Positions 9,086 to 18,108 of a stretch of 45,383 nt of DNA are shown here, piece after piece. This DNA is from an uncultured Desulfuromonadales bacterium (GTDB lineage: Bacteria; Desulfobacterota; Desulfuromonadia; Desulfuromonadales; CAZYXS01): assembly GCA_964650955.1 (NCBI GenBank), contig CAZYXS010000005.1:1-45383 (forward strand), in the 5' to 3' direction. Under the pieces are notes generated by a model. That model ran no database searches, was not told the DNA's origin, and was given only the letters and a program-made list of their open reading frames with translations. Numbering within the stretch: the stretch's first letter is position 1; the number at the start of each line of letters is the position of its first letter. Position numbers and translations under genes: made by a program.

Positions 9086-9532
9086 ATGAAAGACTTCAAG
9101 ACCATCCTCTTCGCCACGGATTTTTCCGCCAGTTCCGATTATGCCTTCGAGTACGCCCATTCCCTGGCCAAGCGCATGAATTCCAGGCTATTGATATTGC
9201 ATGTCATCAATGAGCCGGTCGATCTGCGGGGGTTCTACGTGCCGCACATCTCCTTCGACAAACTCGAGGAGGAGATCGAGGAAGGGGCACAGAAGATGAT
9301 GGAAACCTTCTGCCGCACCCATATCCGGGATTACGACAACTACGAAACCTTTATCGTTCCCGGTATCCCCTGCGACGAAGTGATCCGCAAGGCGGTGGAG
9401 GAATCGGCCAACCTGATCGTGCTCGGTACCCACGGCCGCACCGGTCTGGACCATGTGCTGTTCGGCAGCACCGCGGAAAAGATCGTGCGTAAATCCCCCA
9501 TCCCGGTCATGACCATCCGCACCAAGGAATAA
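9086..9532 (+). CDS. universal stress protein (UspA family)
   Basis: GGGGGAG RBS. ILFATDFS at the N-terminus and the ATP-binding GTHGRTGLDHVLFGSTAEKIVRKSPIPV motif. Confidence 0.85.
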   Translation: MKDFKTILFATDFSASSDYAFEYAHSLAKRMNSRLLILHVINEPVDLRGFYVPHISFDKLEEEIEEGAQKMMETFCRTHIRDYDNYETFIVPGIPCDEVIRKAVEESANLIVLGTHGRTGLDHVLFGSTAEKIVRKSPIPVMTIRTKE

Positions 9533-9563
9533 TTCCCCCTCCGACTATCGGCCACAGACCCGC

Positions 9564-9596
9564 AAAGGCAGCGTTTTCGCTGCCTTTACCGTTTTT
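9564..9596 (+). terminator. intrinsic terminator after usp
   Basis: AAAGGCAGCG-TTTT-CGCTGCCTTT perfect 10-bp stem, followed by ACCGTTTTT. Confidence 0.75.
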
Positions 9597-9623
9597 CACC
9601 GGATCGTGCGGGGCGCTTTCCCC

Positions 9624-9652
9624 TTGTCAAGCGTCGTTGGCGAGGGTATGCT
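9624..9652 (+). promoter_or_regulatory. candidate sigma-70 promoter for the receiver-kinase gene
   Basis: TTGTCA (9624-9629), 17-nt spacer, TATGCT (9647-9652). Confidence 0.4.
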
Positions 9653-9694
9653 ACCGCCACTTTCCTTTGTTTAATCAACCCCCTGGGACAGCTG

Positions 9695-10876
9695 ATGGCC
9701 GACCGCGTTCTTGTCATCGATGATGAAAAAATCATCCTGGAGTTGACGTCCATGATCCTGCGGGCTCGTGGTTTCGAGGTTCTGACCGCGCGCAACGCCG
9801 TGGACGGCCTGGACCTGATCGCCAGGGAGCAACCGGAGGTGGTGCTGCTCGATTACATGATGCCGGTGATGGATGGGTTGACTGCGCTCAAGCAGGTCCG
9901 CGAGCGCTTTCCCGCAACTTACGTCATCATGTTTACCGGCAAGGGGAGCGAGGAAATTGCCGTCGAACTGATGAAGGCGGGGGCCTCGGATTACATCCTC
10001 AAGCCTTTCAACAATCAGGACCTGGTGGACCGCATCGGCAAGGTTCTGAAAATCCGTCGGATCGAACTGGCCAACCAGGAACTGCGCGACGAGAAGGAAC
10101 GGCTGCTGCGGGAGATCGAAGGCTGGAACCAGGAATTGGAACGGCGGGTGGCGGAAAAGACCCGGAAGCTCGAGCGGGCCCAGTCGGAGCTGCTGCTGAG
10201 CGAAAAACTCTCCACCCTCGGCCATCTCTCCGCAGGTCTTGCCCACGAGGTGCGCAATCCCCTCAATTCCATCAGCCTGTTCGCCCAGGTCCTCAAGCAA
10301 TCCTTGCAGTCCGATCCCGAAAATTCGGCTCATGCCGAGAAAATCCTGGCCGAGGTCGATCGCATCGACGAGTTGCTGATCAAGCTCCTCGATGCCAGTA
10401 AACGCTCACGTTTCGCTCCGCAGCGCGTCGACCTGAAGGCGCTGCTCGACCTGGTGCTTGGGGAATTCGACCCGCAGATGAAAAACCAGGGGGTTGAACT
10501 TGTGCGGGAGTATGTCCCCGAAGCGGCGGCACTGCAGGCGGACCGGGGGGAAATCAAGCAGATCTTTACCAACCTGATTGCCAACGCTCTCTACGAAATG
10601 CCCCAGGGAGGGCAACTCGGTGTGCGCCTGCAGGCCGAACCAGGCTGCCTGTTCATCGTCATTTCCGATACCGGCAAGGGGGTTCCCCAGGAAAATCTCG
10701 GCAAAATTTTCGACCCTTTCTTTACGACCAAGGCCAAGGGAACCGGTTTCGGTCTTTCCGTGGTGCTGCGTATCGTGCGCAATTACGGGGGGAAGATCTT
10801 CGTGGAAAACCAGCCTGAAGGCGGCGCCGCTTTCAAGGTCTGCCTGCCGCTGGAACCCGGGGCCGATGGCTGCTAG
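9695..10876 (+). CDS. receiver-histidine kinase fusion (REC - coiled coil - HisKA - HATPase_c)
   Basis: VLVIDDE / VLLDYMMPVMDG receiver. H-box LSAGLAHEVRNPLNSI. N, G1 (DTGKG) and G2 (GTGFGL) boxes. Confidence 0.85.
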   Translation: MADRVLVIDDEKIILELTSMILRARGFEVLTARNAVDGLDLIAREQPEVVLLDYMMPVMDGLTALKQVRERFPATYVIMFTGKGSEEIAVELMKAGASDYILKPFNNQDLVDRIGKVLKIRRIELANQELRDEKERLLREIEGWNQELERRVAEKTRKLERAQSELLLSEKLSTLGHLSAGLAHEVRNPLNSISLFAQVLKQSLQSDPENSAHAEKILAEVDRIDELLIKLLDASKRSRFAPQRVDLKALLDLVLGEFDPQMKNQGVELVREYVPEAAALQADRGEIKQIFTNLIANALYEMPQGGQLGVRLQAEPGCLFIVISDTGKGVPQENLGKIFDPFFTTKAKGTGFGLSVVLRIVRNYGGKIFVENQPEGGAAFKVCLPLEPGADGC

Positions 10877-10939
10877 GCTGGTGATGACGCAGGCAGGGTA
10901 CAGGAGCGCCGCGATGGCGCGGCAGGAGCGGGTCTGAGC

Positions 10940-12538
10940 ATGGCACTGCGGCTGCGGGATATCCCTTTGCGGTTGGAAGAGCCTGAGGCGGACCTGCCCC
11001 TGAAGGCGGCCCGCGAGCTTGGGCTCCCGGTCGCCGCGCTGACCGGCTTCCGGGTTGTGCGCAAGGCCATTGATGCCAGAAAAAAACCATCCGTTTTAAG
11101 GGTTTACACGGTCGAGTTCGATGTAAAAAATGAAACCGATCTGCTCGCCCGCAAACCGGCTCACCCGCGTCTGGAAAAGGTGGTTCCCCTGGTCGCGCCC
11201 ACCCCCTTCGTGCCCTCGCAACCACGGCGGGTGCTGGTGGTCGGCATGGGGCCGGCGGGACTCTTCTGCGCTTTGCAACTGGCCCGCTGCGGCCACTTGG
11301 TGACCCTGGTGGAGCGGGGGCGGCCGGTGGAGGAGCGGGTACGGGATGTGCGCCGCTTCTGGGGGGGCGAGGGTCTGCTGGCAGAAAGCAACGTGCAGTT
11401 CGGCGAAGGCGGGGCCGGCACCTTTTCCGACGGCAAACTGACCACTCGCGTCAACCACCCCTGGAGCCGTTCCGTCCTCGAAACCCTTGTGGAGTGCGGC
11501 GCTCCGGAGGAAATCCTGCTGCAGGCCAAGCCTCATGTGGGCACCGACCGTCTGCGTCTGGTGTTGCTGCGATTTCGTGCCCGGCTGCAGGAGTTGGGCG
11601 TAGACCTGCGTTTCTCAGCCCGCCTCACCGGGCTGACGCTGCGCCTGGGACGGGTCGTCGGCGGGGTGGTCAATGGCGCCGAGGAGTTGGCGGCGGACGC
11701 CCTCGTGCTGGCGCCGGGGCACAGCGCTCGGGATACCTATGCCATGCTGGCGACGGCCGGGGTGGCCATGGAGAGCAAGCCCTTTGCCGTGGGGGTGAGG
11801 GTGGAACATCCGAGCGCCCTGATCAACCGGATTCAATACGGCCATGCCAACCACCCCAAGCTTCCCACGGCCGAGTATTCCCTGGCCTGGAACGATCCGG
11901 AGAGCGGCCGGGGGGTTTATTCCTTCTGCATGTGCCCCGGCGGCGAGGTGGTTATCGCGTCCTCCGAGTTGGACGGGCTGGTAGTCAATGGCATGAGTTC
12001 CTTGCGCAGGGCCAGCGGCTTTTCCAACAGTGCCCTGGTGGTAGCGGTGCGGCGGGAGGATTTTCCCGGCGCCGACCCCCTGGCCGGGATGCGTTTTCAG
12101 CAGCATTGGGAACGGCTGGCCCTGGCCGCAGGTGGAGGGGAACAGCGTGCACCAGCCCAGAATCTGCTGGCTTTTCTCGGCCGCCCCGGCGGAGCGGTGC
12201 GAGCCAGTTGCCGTCCGGGCATTCGGGAGGCGGCGCTTGAAGAGATTTTGCCCCCTTTCGTCAGCCAGGGGTTGCGGCAGGCGCTGCCCATGTTTGACCG
12301 TCGGATGCGCGGTTTCGTCACCTCTGAGGCGACCCTGATCGGGGTGGAGACCCGCACTTCGGCACCCCTACGCATCCTACGGAATGAGAATGGACAGTCC
12401 CTTTCCCATCCGGGTCTCTACCCGGCCGGAGAGGGGGCCGGCTATGCCGGTGGCATCATGAGTGCAGCCCTCGACGGGCTGCGGATCGCGGAAATGATTT
12501 CGGCAACCAGCGACCAACAGACAGGAGTCGGTCTTTGA
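10940..12538 (+). CDS. uncharacterised FAD-dependent dehydrogenase (COG2509-like)
   Basis: Dinucleotide-binding VLVVGMGPAGLFCALQLA, followed by GEGGAGTFSDGKL. 532 aa. Confidence 0.78.
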   Translation: MALRLRDIPLRLEEPEADLPLKAARELGLPVAALTGFRVVRKAIDARKKPSVLRVYTVEFDVKNETDLLARKPAHPRLEKVVPLVAPTPFVPSQPRRVLVVGMGPAGLFCALQLARCGHLVTLVERGRPVEERVRDVRRFWGGEGLLAESNVQFGEGGAGTFSDGKLTTRVNHPWSRSVLETLVECGAPEEILLQAKPHVGTDRLRLVLLRFRARLQELGVDLRFSARLTGLTLRLGRVVGGVVNGAEELAADALVLAPGHSARDTYAMLATAGVAMESKPFAVGVRVEHPSALINRIQYGHANHPKLPTAEYSLAWNDPESGRGVYSFCMCPGGEVVIASSELDGLVVNGMSSLRRASGFSNSALVVAVRREDFPGADPLAGMRFQQHWERLALAAGGGEQRAPAQNLLAFLGRPGGAVRASCRPGIREAALEEILPPFVSQGLRQALPMFDRRMRGFVTSEATLIGVETRTSAPLRILRNENGQSLSHPGLYPAGEGAGYAGGIMSAALDGLRIAEMISATSDQQTGVGL

Positions 12539-13698
12539 AAAATGTGTTCGTGGAAACAATCCGGGAACGGGACTGGGTGGACGCGCCTTTTCTGGTGCGG
12601 GACAAGATCATGGCCATGGCCAAGAACGGCAAGCCCTACATGACCTTGAAGCTGATCGATCGCACCGGGGAGGTGGAAGCCCGGGTCTGGGACCGGGTCG
12701 ATGAGTTGGGCGACTTGTTCGGCAAGGACGATTTCGTGCGGGTTCAGGGGAAGGCCAGCGTCTACCTGGGCAAGATGCAACTGGTGGTGCAGGACCTGAG
12801 CCGTCTGGCAGACGACCAGGTCGACCTGGCCGACTTCCTCCCCGTGGCTCGCCGCGGCAGCGAAGAAATGGCAGGGGAATTGCGGCAGAAGGTCGCCAGC
12901 ATGACCGCCGGCAGCCATCTGCGTCAGCTGATGGAGGCGTTTCTGGCCGATCCGGAATTCCTGGAAACCTATTGCCAGGCGCCGGCTGCCAAGTCGATGC
13001 ACCATGTCTACCTGGGCGGCCTGCTCGAACATTCCCTGGCCGTGGCCGATCTGGCCGAGGATGTCTGCCGCCGCTACCCGGTGCTGGATCGGGACCTGCT
13101 GCTGACCGGCGCCCTGCTCCACGATGTCGGCAAGGTGGCTGAACTCTGCTATGCCCGCAGCTTCGATTACACCGATGCCGGCAAGTTGATCGGTCATATC
13201 GTCATGGGGGTGGAGATGGTGGACGGCAAGGCCCGGCAGCTCCCCGGCTTTCCCGCCGAATTGCTGGTGCTGGTGAAGCACCTGCTGCTCTCCCACCATG
13301 GCCAGTACGAATACGGCTCCCCCAAACGCCCAAAAACGCTGGAAGCCCTGGTGCTCAACTTCATCGATGACCTCGATGCCAAGATCAACGGGGTGCGCAC
13401 CCATATCGAGCGGGAACCGGACAATCCCTCCCCCTGGACCAGCTATCACCGGCTCTACGACCGGTATTTCTACAAGGGATCTGCTGCAGCGGCCCCTGCC
13501 GAAGCGGCCCCCCGTGCTCCGCGGGTGGAACCGGCTGCGGCGCAGCCCCCCGCGGCCCCCCGGCCCGTGGCGGCCAAACCCCAGGCGCCACCCCAGTCCC
13601 AGCGGCCGGAACCAAAAAAGGGGTTCGGTTTTACCCTGGCAGACCAGTTGCGGGGCAAGAGCCTGGACCTGTTCCCCACCGAAGAACCCAAGGAGTAG
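12535..13698 (+). CDS. YhaM-like OB-fold + HD-domain phosphohydrolase/3'-5' exoribonuclease with a Pro/Ala-rich C-terminal tail
   Basis: TTG start overlaps the previous stop. OB-fold N-terminus (KNGKPYMTLKLIDRTGEVEARVWD). HD motifs HHVYLGGLLEHS and LLHDVGK. The last ~90 aa are low complexity. Confidence 0.78.
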   Translation: MKNVFVETIRERDWVDAPFLVRDKIMAMAKNGKPYMTLKLIDRTGEVEARVWDRVDELGDLFGKDDFVRVQGKASVYLGKMQLVVQDLSRLADDQVDLADFLPVARRGSEEMAGELRQKVASMTAGSHLRQLMEAFLADPEFLETYCQAPAAKSMHHVYLGGLLEHSLAVADLAEDVCRRYPVLDRDLLLTGALLHDVGKVAELCYARSFDYTDAGKLIGHIVMGVEMVDGKARQLPGFPAELLVLVKHLLLSHHGQYEYGSPKRPKTLEALVLNFIDDLDAKINGVRTHIEREPDNPSPWTSYHRLYDRYFYKGSAAAAPAEAAPRAPRVEPAAAQPPAAPRPVAAKPQAPPQSQRPEPKKGFGFTLADQLRGKSLDLFPTEEPKE

Positions 13699-13702
13699 AC
13701 CC

Positions 13703-14332
13703 ATGCTCATCGAAGCTTTGCCTGTCGGCCCCTTGCAGGTCAACTGTTTCCTGGTCGGTTGCCCGGTTACCCGCAGCGCCGCCGTCATCGACCCGGGGGA
13801 GGATGCCGAACAAATTCTGCAGCGGCTGGCTGCCCTCAAGCTGGAGCTCAAGCTGATCGTCAACACCCACGGTCATTTCGATCATATCGGTGCCAATCGG
13901 GCGGTGCAGGCGGCCACCGGGGCCAGGCTGGCCATCCACAGTGCCGACGTGCCCCTGCTGGGAGTAGCGGCCAAGCACGCCGCGGCCTACGGCCTGCGCT
14001 GCGAAGTCTCGCCCCCGCCGGATCGGGAGCTGGCCGATGGCGACCTGCTCACTGTCGGCGAATTGGAACTGCGGGTCCTGCATACCCCCGGGCATACTCC
14101 GGGAGGCATCTGCCTGCTCGGGGGGGGGCATGTCTTCACCGGCGACACCCTGTTCGCCGGTTCCATCGGCCGCACCGACCTGCCCGGCGGGGATCACCAG
14201 ACCCTGATCCGCTCGGCCCGCAGCCAGTTGATGGGCCTGCCCATGGAAACCGTGGTGCATCCTGGCCATGGGCCCGACACCACCATCGGTCGGGAGCGGC
14301 GGGTCAATCCCTTCGTGGGGGATCGCGCCTGA
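13703..14332 (+). CDS. MBL-fold metallo-hydrolase (glyoxalase II-like)
   Basis: In-frame ATG at 13703 inside track ORF 13298..14332. THGHFDHIG (HxHxDH), HTPGHTPG and GDTLF motifs. Confidence 0.85.
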   Translation: MLIEALPVGPLQVNCFLVGCPVTRSAAVIDPGEDAEQILQRLAALKLELKLIVNTHGHFDHIGANRAVQAATGARLAIHSADVPLLGVAAKHAAAYGLRCEVSPPPDRELADGDLLTVGELELRVLHTPGHTPGGICLLGGGHVFTGDTLFAGSIGRTDLPGGDHQTLIRSARSQLMGLPMETVVHPGHGPDTTIGRERRVNPFVGDRA

Positions 14333-14394
14333 GCCCAGCGGCCCGATCGGGGCCCAGGATTGTAGCAGGCCGTCGGCCTGCCGGGGAGCATGAT

Positions 14395-15615
14395 ATGCTT
14401 GAGGGAAAATCCATCGTTCTCGGGGTGACCGGGGGCATCGCCGTCTACAAGGCGGTGGAACTGCTGCGGCTTTTCGTCAAAGCGGGGGCCGAGGTGCACG
14501 TGGTCATGACCCGCAGCGCGCAGGAGTTCGTCACCCCGCTGACCTTCCAGACCCTGTCCGGGAACCCGGTGCACACCGAACTGTTCAATCTCTACCAGGA
14601 ACGGGAAATCGGCCATATCTCCCTGGCCGACCGGGCCGATCTGTTCGTGGTGGCGCCGGCCACTGCCAACCTGATCGGCAAGGTTGCCAACGGCCTGGCC
14701 GACGATCTGCTCAGCACCACGCTGATGGCGACCAAAGCGCCGGTACTGTTCGTTCCCGCCATGAACGTCAACATGTGGGAAAGCCCCATCTACCAGGCCA
14801 ACCAGGCCCGCCTGGCGGGCTTTGGCTACCATTTCATGGCACCGGTCAGCGGTTTCCTGGCCTGCGGTTGGGAAGGGCAGGGGAAGTTGCCCGAACCGGC
14901 GGCGATTTTCGAGGAGACCCTGGCCCTGCTTGCGCCCAAGGATCTGCAGGGGGAAACCCTCTTGGTGACCGCCGGCCCCACCCGGGAGGACCTCGATCCG
15001 GTGCGCTTTTTGAGCAACTATTCCTCGGGGAAGATGGGTTATGCCCTCGCCCGCGCCGCCCGACACCGCGGTGCCCGGGTGCTGCTGGTATCCGGCCCCA
15101 CGGCCCTGGAACCGCCCGCCGGGGTGGAGTTCCTTCGGGTCAATAGTGCCCGGCAGATGCGGGAGGCGGTCCTGGAACGGGCCGCGGACGCGACCATCCT
15201 CATCAAGGCGGCGGCGGTGGCCGACTTCCGGCCGGCCCAGCATTCCAGGGAGAAGATCAAGAAACGGGGGGAGGGGGCGATGACCATTGCCCTGGAGCGT
15301 AACCCCGATATCCTTGCCGAACTGGGGCAGCAGAAGGGACCAAAGCAGCTGCTGGTGGGGTTTGCCGCCGAGACCGGCGATCTGCTGGAACAGGCGACCC
15401 GCAAGCTGGAGGAGAAAAACCTCGACCTGATCGTCGCCAACGACGTGACCCAGGCCGGGGCCGGCTTCGACGTCGATACCAACATCGTGCGGCTGCTCTA
15501 CCGGGACGGCAGCGTGGAGGATCTCCCCCAGTTGCCCAAGCTGGAGGTGGCGGGGAAGATTCTCGACCGAATTCGGGGTTTGCGGGCGCGCCAGGGGGAA
15601 GGGGACGCTCAGTAG
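14395..15615 (+). CDS. coaBC: bifunctional phosphopantothenoylcysteine decarboxylase / phosphopantothenate-cysteine ligase
   Basis: In-frame ATG at 14395 inside track ORF 13759..15615. The upstream part of that ORF is Arg/Pro/Gly junk overlapping the MBL gene. GVTGGIAVYK flavoprotein motif and the C-terminal CoaB half (SSGKMG, AAVADF, NDV). Confidence 0.92.
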   Translation: MLEGKSIVLGVTGGIAVYKAVELLRLFVKAGAEVHVVMTRSAQEFVTPLTFQTLSGNPVHTELFNLYQEREIGHISLADRADLFVVAPATANLIGKVANGLADDLLSTTLMATKAPVLFVPAMNVNMWESPIYQANQARLAGFGYHFMAPVSGFLACGWEGQGKLPEPAAIFEETLALLAPKDLQGETLLVTAGPTREDLDPVRFLSNYSSGKMGYALARAARHRGARVLLVSGPTALEPPAGVEFLRVNSARQMREAVLERAADATILIKAAAVADFRPAQHSREKIKKRGEGAMTIALERNPDILAELGQQKGPKQLLVGFAAETGDLLEQATRKLEEKNLDLIVANDVTQAGAGFDVDTNIVRLLYRDGSVEDLPQLPKLEVAGKILDRIRGLRARQGEGDAQ

Positions 15616-16520
15616 GTGGAAAGCAGTTCCAGGATCCGGTCGGGTTGGCAGATTCCCTCTCGCAGCCTGGGTTTGATCTCCTGCAGGATGCCGGCGGCCT
15701 CGGGGGCGGTCAGTTTGCCGTCGAGCCAGAGCAGGTTGAGGTTTTTGCGGATCATTTTTGCGGCATTGATGGCTCGCTCCCCGGTGGGGTCGGCCTTCCA
15801 GAAAGGGCTTTGGTCCATTTCCGCGAGAATCCCCTCGCTGATCTGCAGGGCCAGGCCGTAATATTCGTCGAATTCCTCCTGGGGCAGGTCCCATTTGGAG
15901 GCGGTGTTGAGGGAACGGAGCATTTTCTGCCAGTGCTGCAGGCGGTTGAGCAGCAACAGCGAGTTGAAGAGCCGCTTGTTGGTGGAAAAGGAAAAAATCG
16001 TGTCCGAAAGCACCGACCGCAGCATGGCGTCATGCTCGGGAAACCGCTTGCGCCCCACGCTGCGCGCCAGGGACCAGACCTCAGGCGATACGCCCGCCTC
16101 GAAACGCAGTTCCCAGTAGGCATGGTTGAGCATGGTGGTGTTGAAGGTGCGGATCAGTTTGTAGGGAACAAAATAGGAATGCGCCACCGTATCCGCCGCC
16201 AGGTGGGAGATGTAGCCGTAGGCGCAGGCCCGCTGGGCGTCGTTGCGCGCCGCCGCCAGCACCCGCTTGCCAACCCCCCAGGAATGACAATGGTTGAGGT
16301 AGTGGGTGAACTTTTTGCCCAGGGTGATGTCGGCACTGATGCAGCCGTAGAGAAAATCCTGGGCGTGCGCCGTCAGCAGGGCCTGGAGGGGGCCGGGCAG
16401 GGCCTGGGGGTTGGCGAGGATCTGGGACCCGATCTGCAGATGGATGCCGACCCCCCAGGCCAGGGCATTCTCAGGCAGTGCGATCAGGGCCAGGGTCAGG
16501 GCGGTTATGAGAAAAGCCAT
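15609..16520 (-). CDS. zinc-dependent phospholipase C-like family protein (secreted or membrane-anchored)
   Basis: ATG at 16520 after AAGGAAG. Signal-like MAFLITALTLALIALPENALAWG. Several His-containing motifs (GIHLQIG, HCHSWG, SHLAADTVAHSY). The equal-length plus-strand ORF 15645..16598 is a G/R/V-rich shadow. Confidence 0.55.
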   Translation of the reverse strand: MAFLITALTLALIALPENALAWGVGIHLQIGSQILANPQALPGPLQALLTAHAQDFLYGCISADITLGKKFTHYLNHCHSWGVGKRVLAAARNDAQRACAYGYISHLAADTVAHSYFVPYKLIRTFNTTMLNHAYWELRFEAGVSPEVWSLARSVGRKRFPEHDAMLRSVLSDTIFSFSTNKRLFNSLLLLNRLQHWQKMLRSLNTASKWDLPQEEFDEYYGLALQISEGILAEMDQSPFWKADPTGERAINAAKMIRKNLNLLWLDGKLTAPEAAGILQEIKPRLREGICQPDRILELLSTY

Positions 16521-16582
16521 GGGCTTCCTTTGACGTATAGTGAATTCAGCATAATCGACCATCCGGGGGATGTAAAGCGTCC

Positions 16583-17323
16583 ATGCCAGAGCAACTGAGA
16601 TCCGATCTTCGCGAAGCCCTGGCCCAGGCCCGCAACCTGCTGGAGGACCTGCAACTGCGGGGTCTGGGCGAAGTCACCCTGGAGCCGCTGCCCGCCGCTT
16701 TGCCCCCCTGTCCTCCCGATGTGCAGGGGGTGGATGAAGGGGGCACTGCGTTGTGCCGCAGGGAAACCCTTGAGGAAATCCGGACCGCTCTTGGCGAGTG
16801 TCGACGCTGTCCCCTGTGCCAGGGGCGCAAGACCATCGTCTTCGGGGTGGGCAACCCCAACGCCGATCTGGTGCTGGTGGGAGAGGCGCCGGGGCGGGAA
16901 GAGGACGAGCGGGGCGAGCCCTTCGTGGGCGAGGCGGGTCGACTGCTCGACCGCATCCTGTTCGCCATGGGGCTGGAGCGGCAGCAGGTCTATATCTGCA
17001 ATGTGGAAAAATGCCGCCCCCCCGGCAACCGGGACCCCAACCCCGAGGAAATCGCCGCCTGCGAACCCTTTCTCAAGCGGCAACTGGCCGCCATCCGCCC
17101 CCGGCTGATCGTAACCCTCGGCAAGTTTGCGGCCCAGACCCTCCTGCAGGATCAGACGCCCATCAGTCGCCTGCGCGGGCAGTGGCGGCAATACCAGGGG
17201 ATTCCCCTGCTGCCGACCTACCATCCCGCTTTTCTGCTGCGCAACCCCGCCGCGAAACGGGACGTCTGGGAGGACATGAAACTGGCGATGCAACGGCTGC
17301 GGCAAGGTGACTCGCCGTCATGA
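16583..17323 (+). CDS. uracil-DNA glycosylase, family 4 (4Fe-4S type)
   Basis: [16 protein letters not shown] (motif A), [14 protein letters not shown] and HPAFLLRNP (motif B). Confidence 0.88.
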   Translation: MPEQLRSDLREALAQARNLLEDLQLRGLGEVTLEPLPAALPPCPPDVQGVDEGGTALCRRETLEEIRTALGECRRCPLCQGRKTIVFGVGNPNADLVLVGEAPGREEDERGEPFVGEAGRLLDRILFAMGLERQQVYICNVEKCRPPGNRDPNPEEIAACEPFLKRQLAAIRPRLIVTLGKFAAQTLLQDQTPISRLRGQWRQYQGIPLLPTYHPAFLLRNPAAKRDVWEDMKLAMQRLRQGDSPS

Positions 17324-18108
17324 GCAGCGTCCCTCTGGGCCCGGCCCTGCAGGTCGATTCCGTTGTCACCTTCCGCCCGGGCGCCGATGGTCAACCCAGG
17401 CGCATTCTGGACGGTCTCTCCTTTGCCGTGCCCGCAGGTCGCATCAGCGTGGTCGTCGGCCCCTCGGGGGGCGGCAAGAGCAGCCTGATCCGGCTCCTCA
17501 ACCGGCTGGATGATCCCGCCGAGGGGCGCATCCTGCTCGCCGGGGTGGATATCGCCGGTCTCGACCCCCTGGCCCTGCGGCGCAGGGTCGGGCTGGTGTT
17601 GCAGAAACCGACCATGTTTGCCGGCACTGTTCTGGCCAACCTGCAGCGCTCTTTCCTGCTGCGCCGGGACCCCCTGCCGAGCGCCAATAGCGAACCGGTG
17701 CGGCGTATTCTGGAACTGTGCCGCCTCGAGCATGACCTGCTCGCCCGAGAGGCTCGCACCCTCTCCATCGGTCAGCAGCAGCGGGTCAGCCTCGCCCGGA
17801 CCCTGATCGGCGCTCCGGAGGTGCTGCTCCTCGATGAACCGACCAGCGCACTTGATCGGCCCACCGGTGATCGACTCGCCGCGACCCTGCGGGACATCTG
17901 CCGCCGTACCGGGTTGACTCTGCTGATGGTGACCCATGACCTGCGCCTGGCCGAGCGGATTGCCGACCACCTGGGCTATCTCGAAGGGGGACGGATGCTG
18001 GAAGAGGGACATCCCGGACAACTGCTGAAGCAGCCTCGCTCGGAGGAGCTGCAACGCTTTCTGGCCGAACCGCCAGCCCACGAGGGGGAGAGGGGCGAGG
18101 ATGGATAA
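17320..18108 (+). CDS. fetA: ABC transporter ATP-binding protein, FetA/YbbL-like
   Basis: ATGA overlap with the UDG stop. Walker A GPSGGGKSS, signature LSIGQQQR, Walker B LLLDEPTSALD. Paired with a UPF0014 permease. Confidence 0.72.
   Translation: MSSVPLGPALQVDSVVTFRPGADGQPRRILDGLSFAVPAGRISVVVGPSGGGKSSLIRLLNRLDDPAEGRILLAGVDIAGLDPLALRRRVGLVLQKPTMFAGTVLANLQRSFLLRRDPLPSANSEPVRRILELCRLEHDLLAREARTLSIGQQQRVSLARTLIGAPEVLLLDEPTSALDRPTGDRLAATLRDICRRTGLTLLMVTHDLRLAERIADHLGYLEGGRMLEEGHPGQLLKQPRSEELQRFLAEPPAHEGERGEDG

Noticed and set aside
13759-14394. N-terminal 212-aa extension of the coaBC ORF, and the similar extension 13298-13702 of the MBL ORF.
   Set aside because: The extensions are Arg/Pro/Gly-rich and overlap well-supported upstream genes. 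Internal ATGs at 14395 and 13703 give canonical N-termini.
12442-15894. 474-aa and 566-aa minus-strand ORFs opposite yhaM-like/MBL and coaBC.
   Set aside because: They are shadow ORFs with Arg/Gly/Pro-rich products and no motifs.
15645-16598. 317-aa plus-strand ORF, exactly the same length as the opposing PLC-like ORF.
   Set aside because: Its product is G/V/R/Q-rich low complexity. The minus-strand frame has an RBS, a signal peptide and His-rich metal-site motifs.
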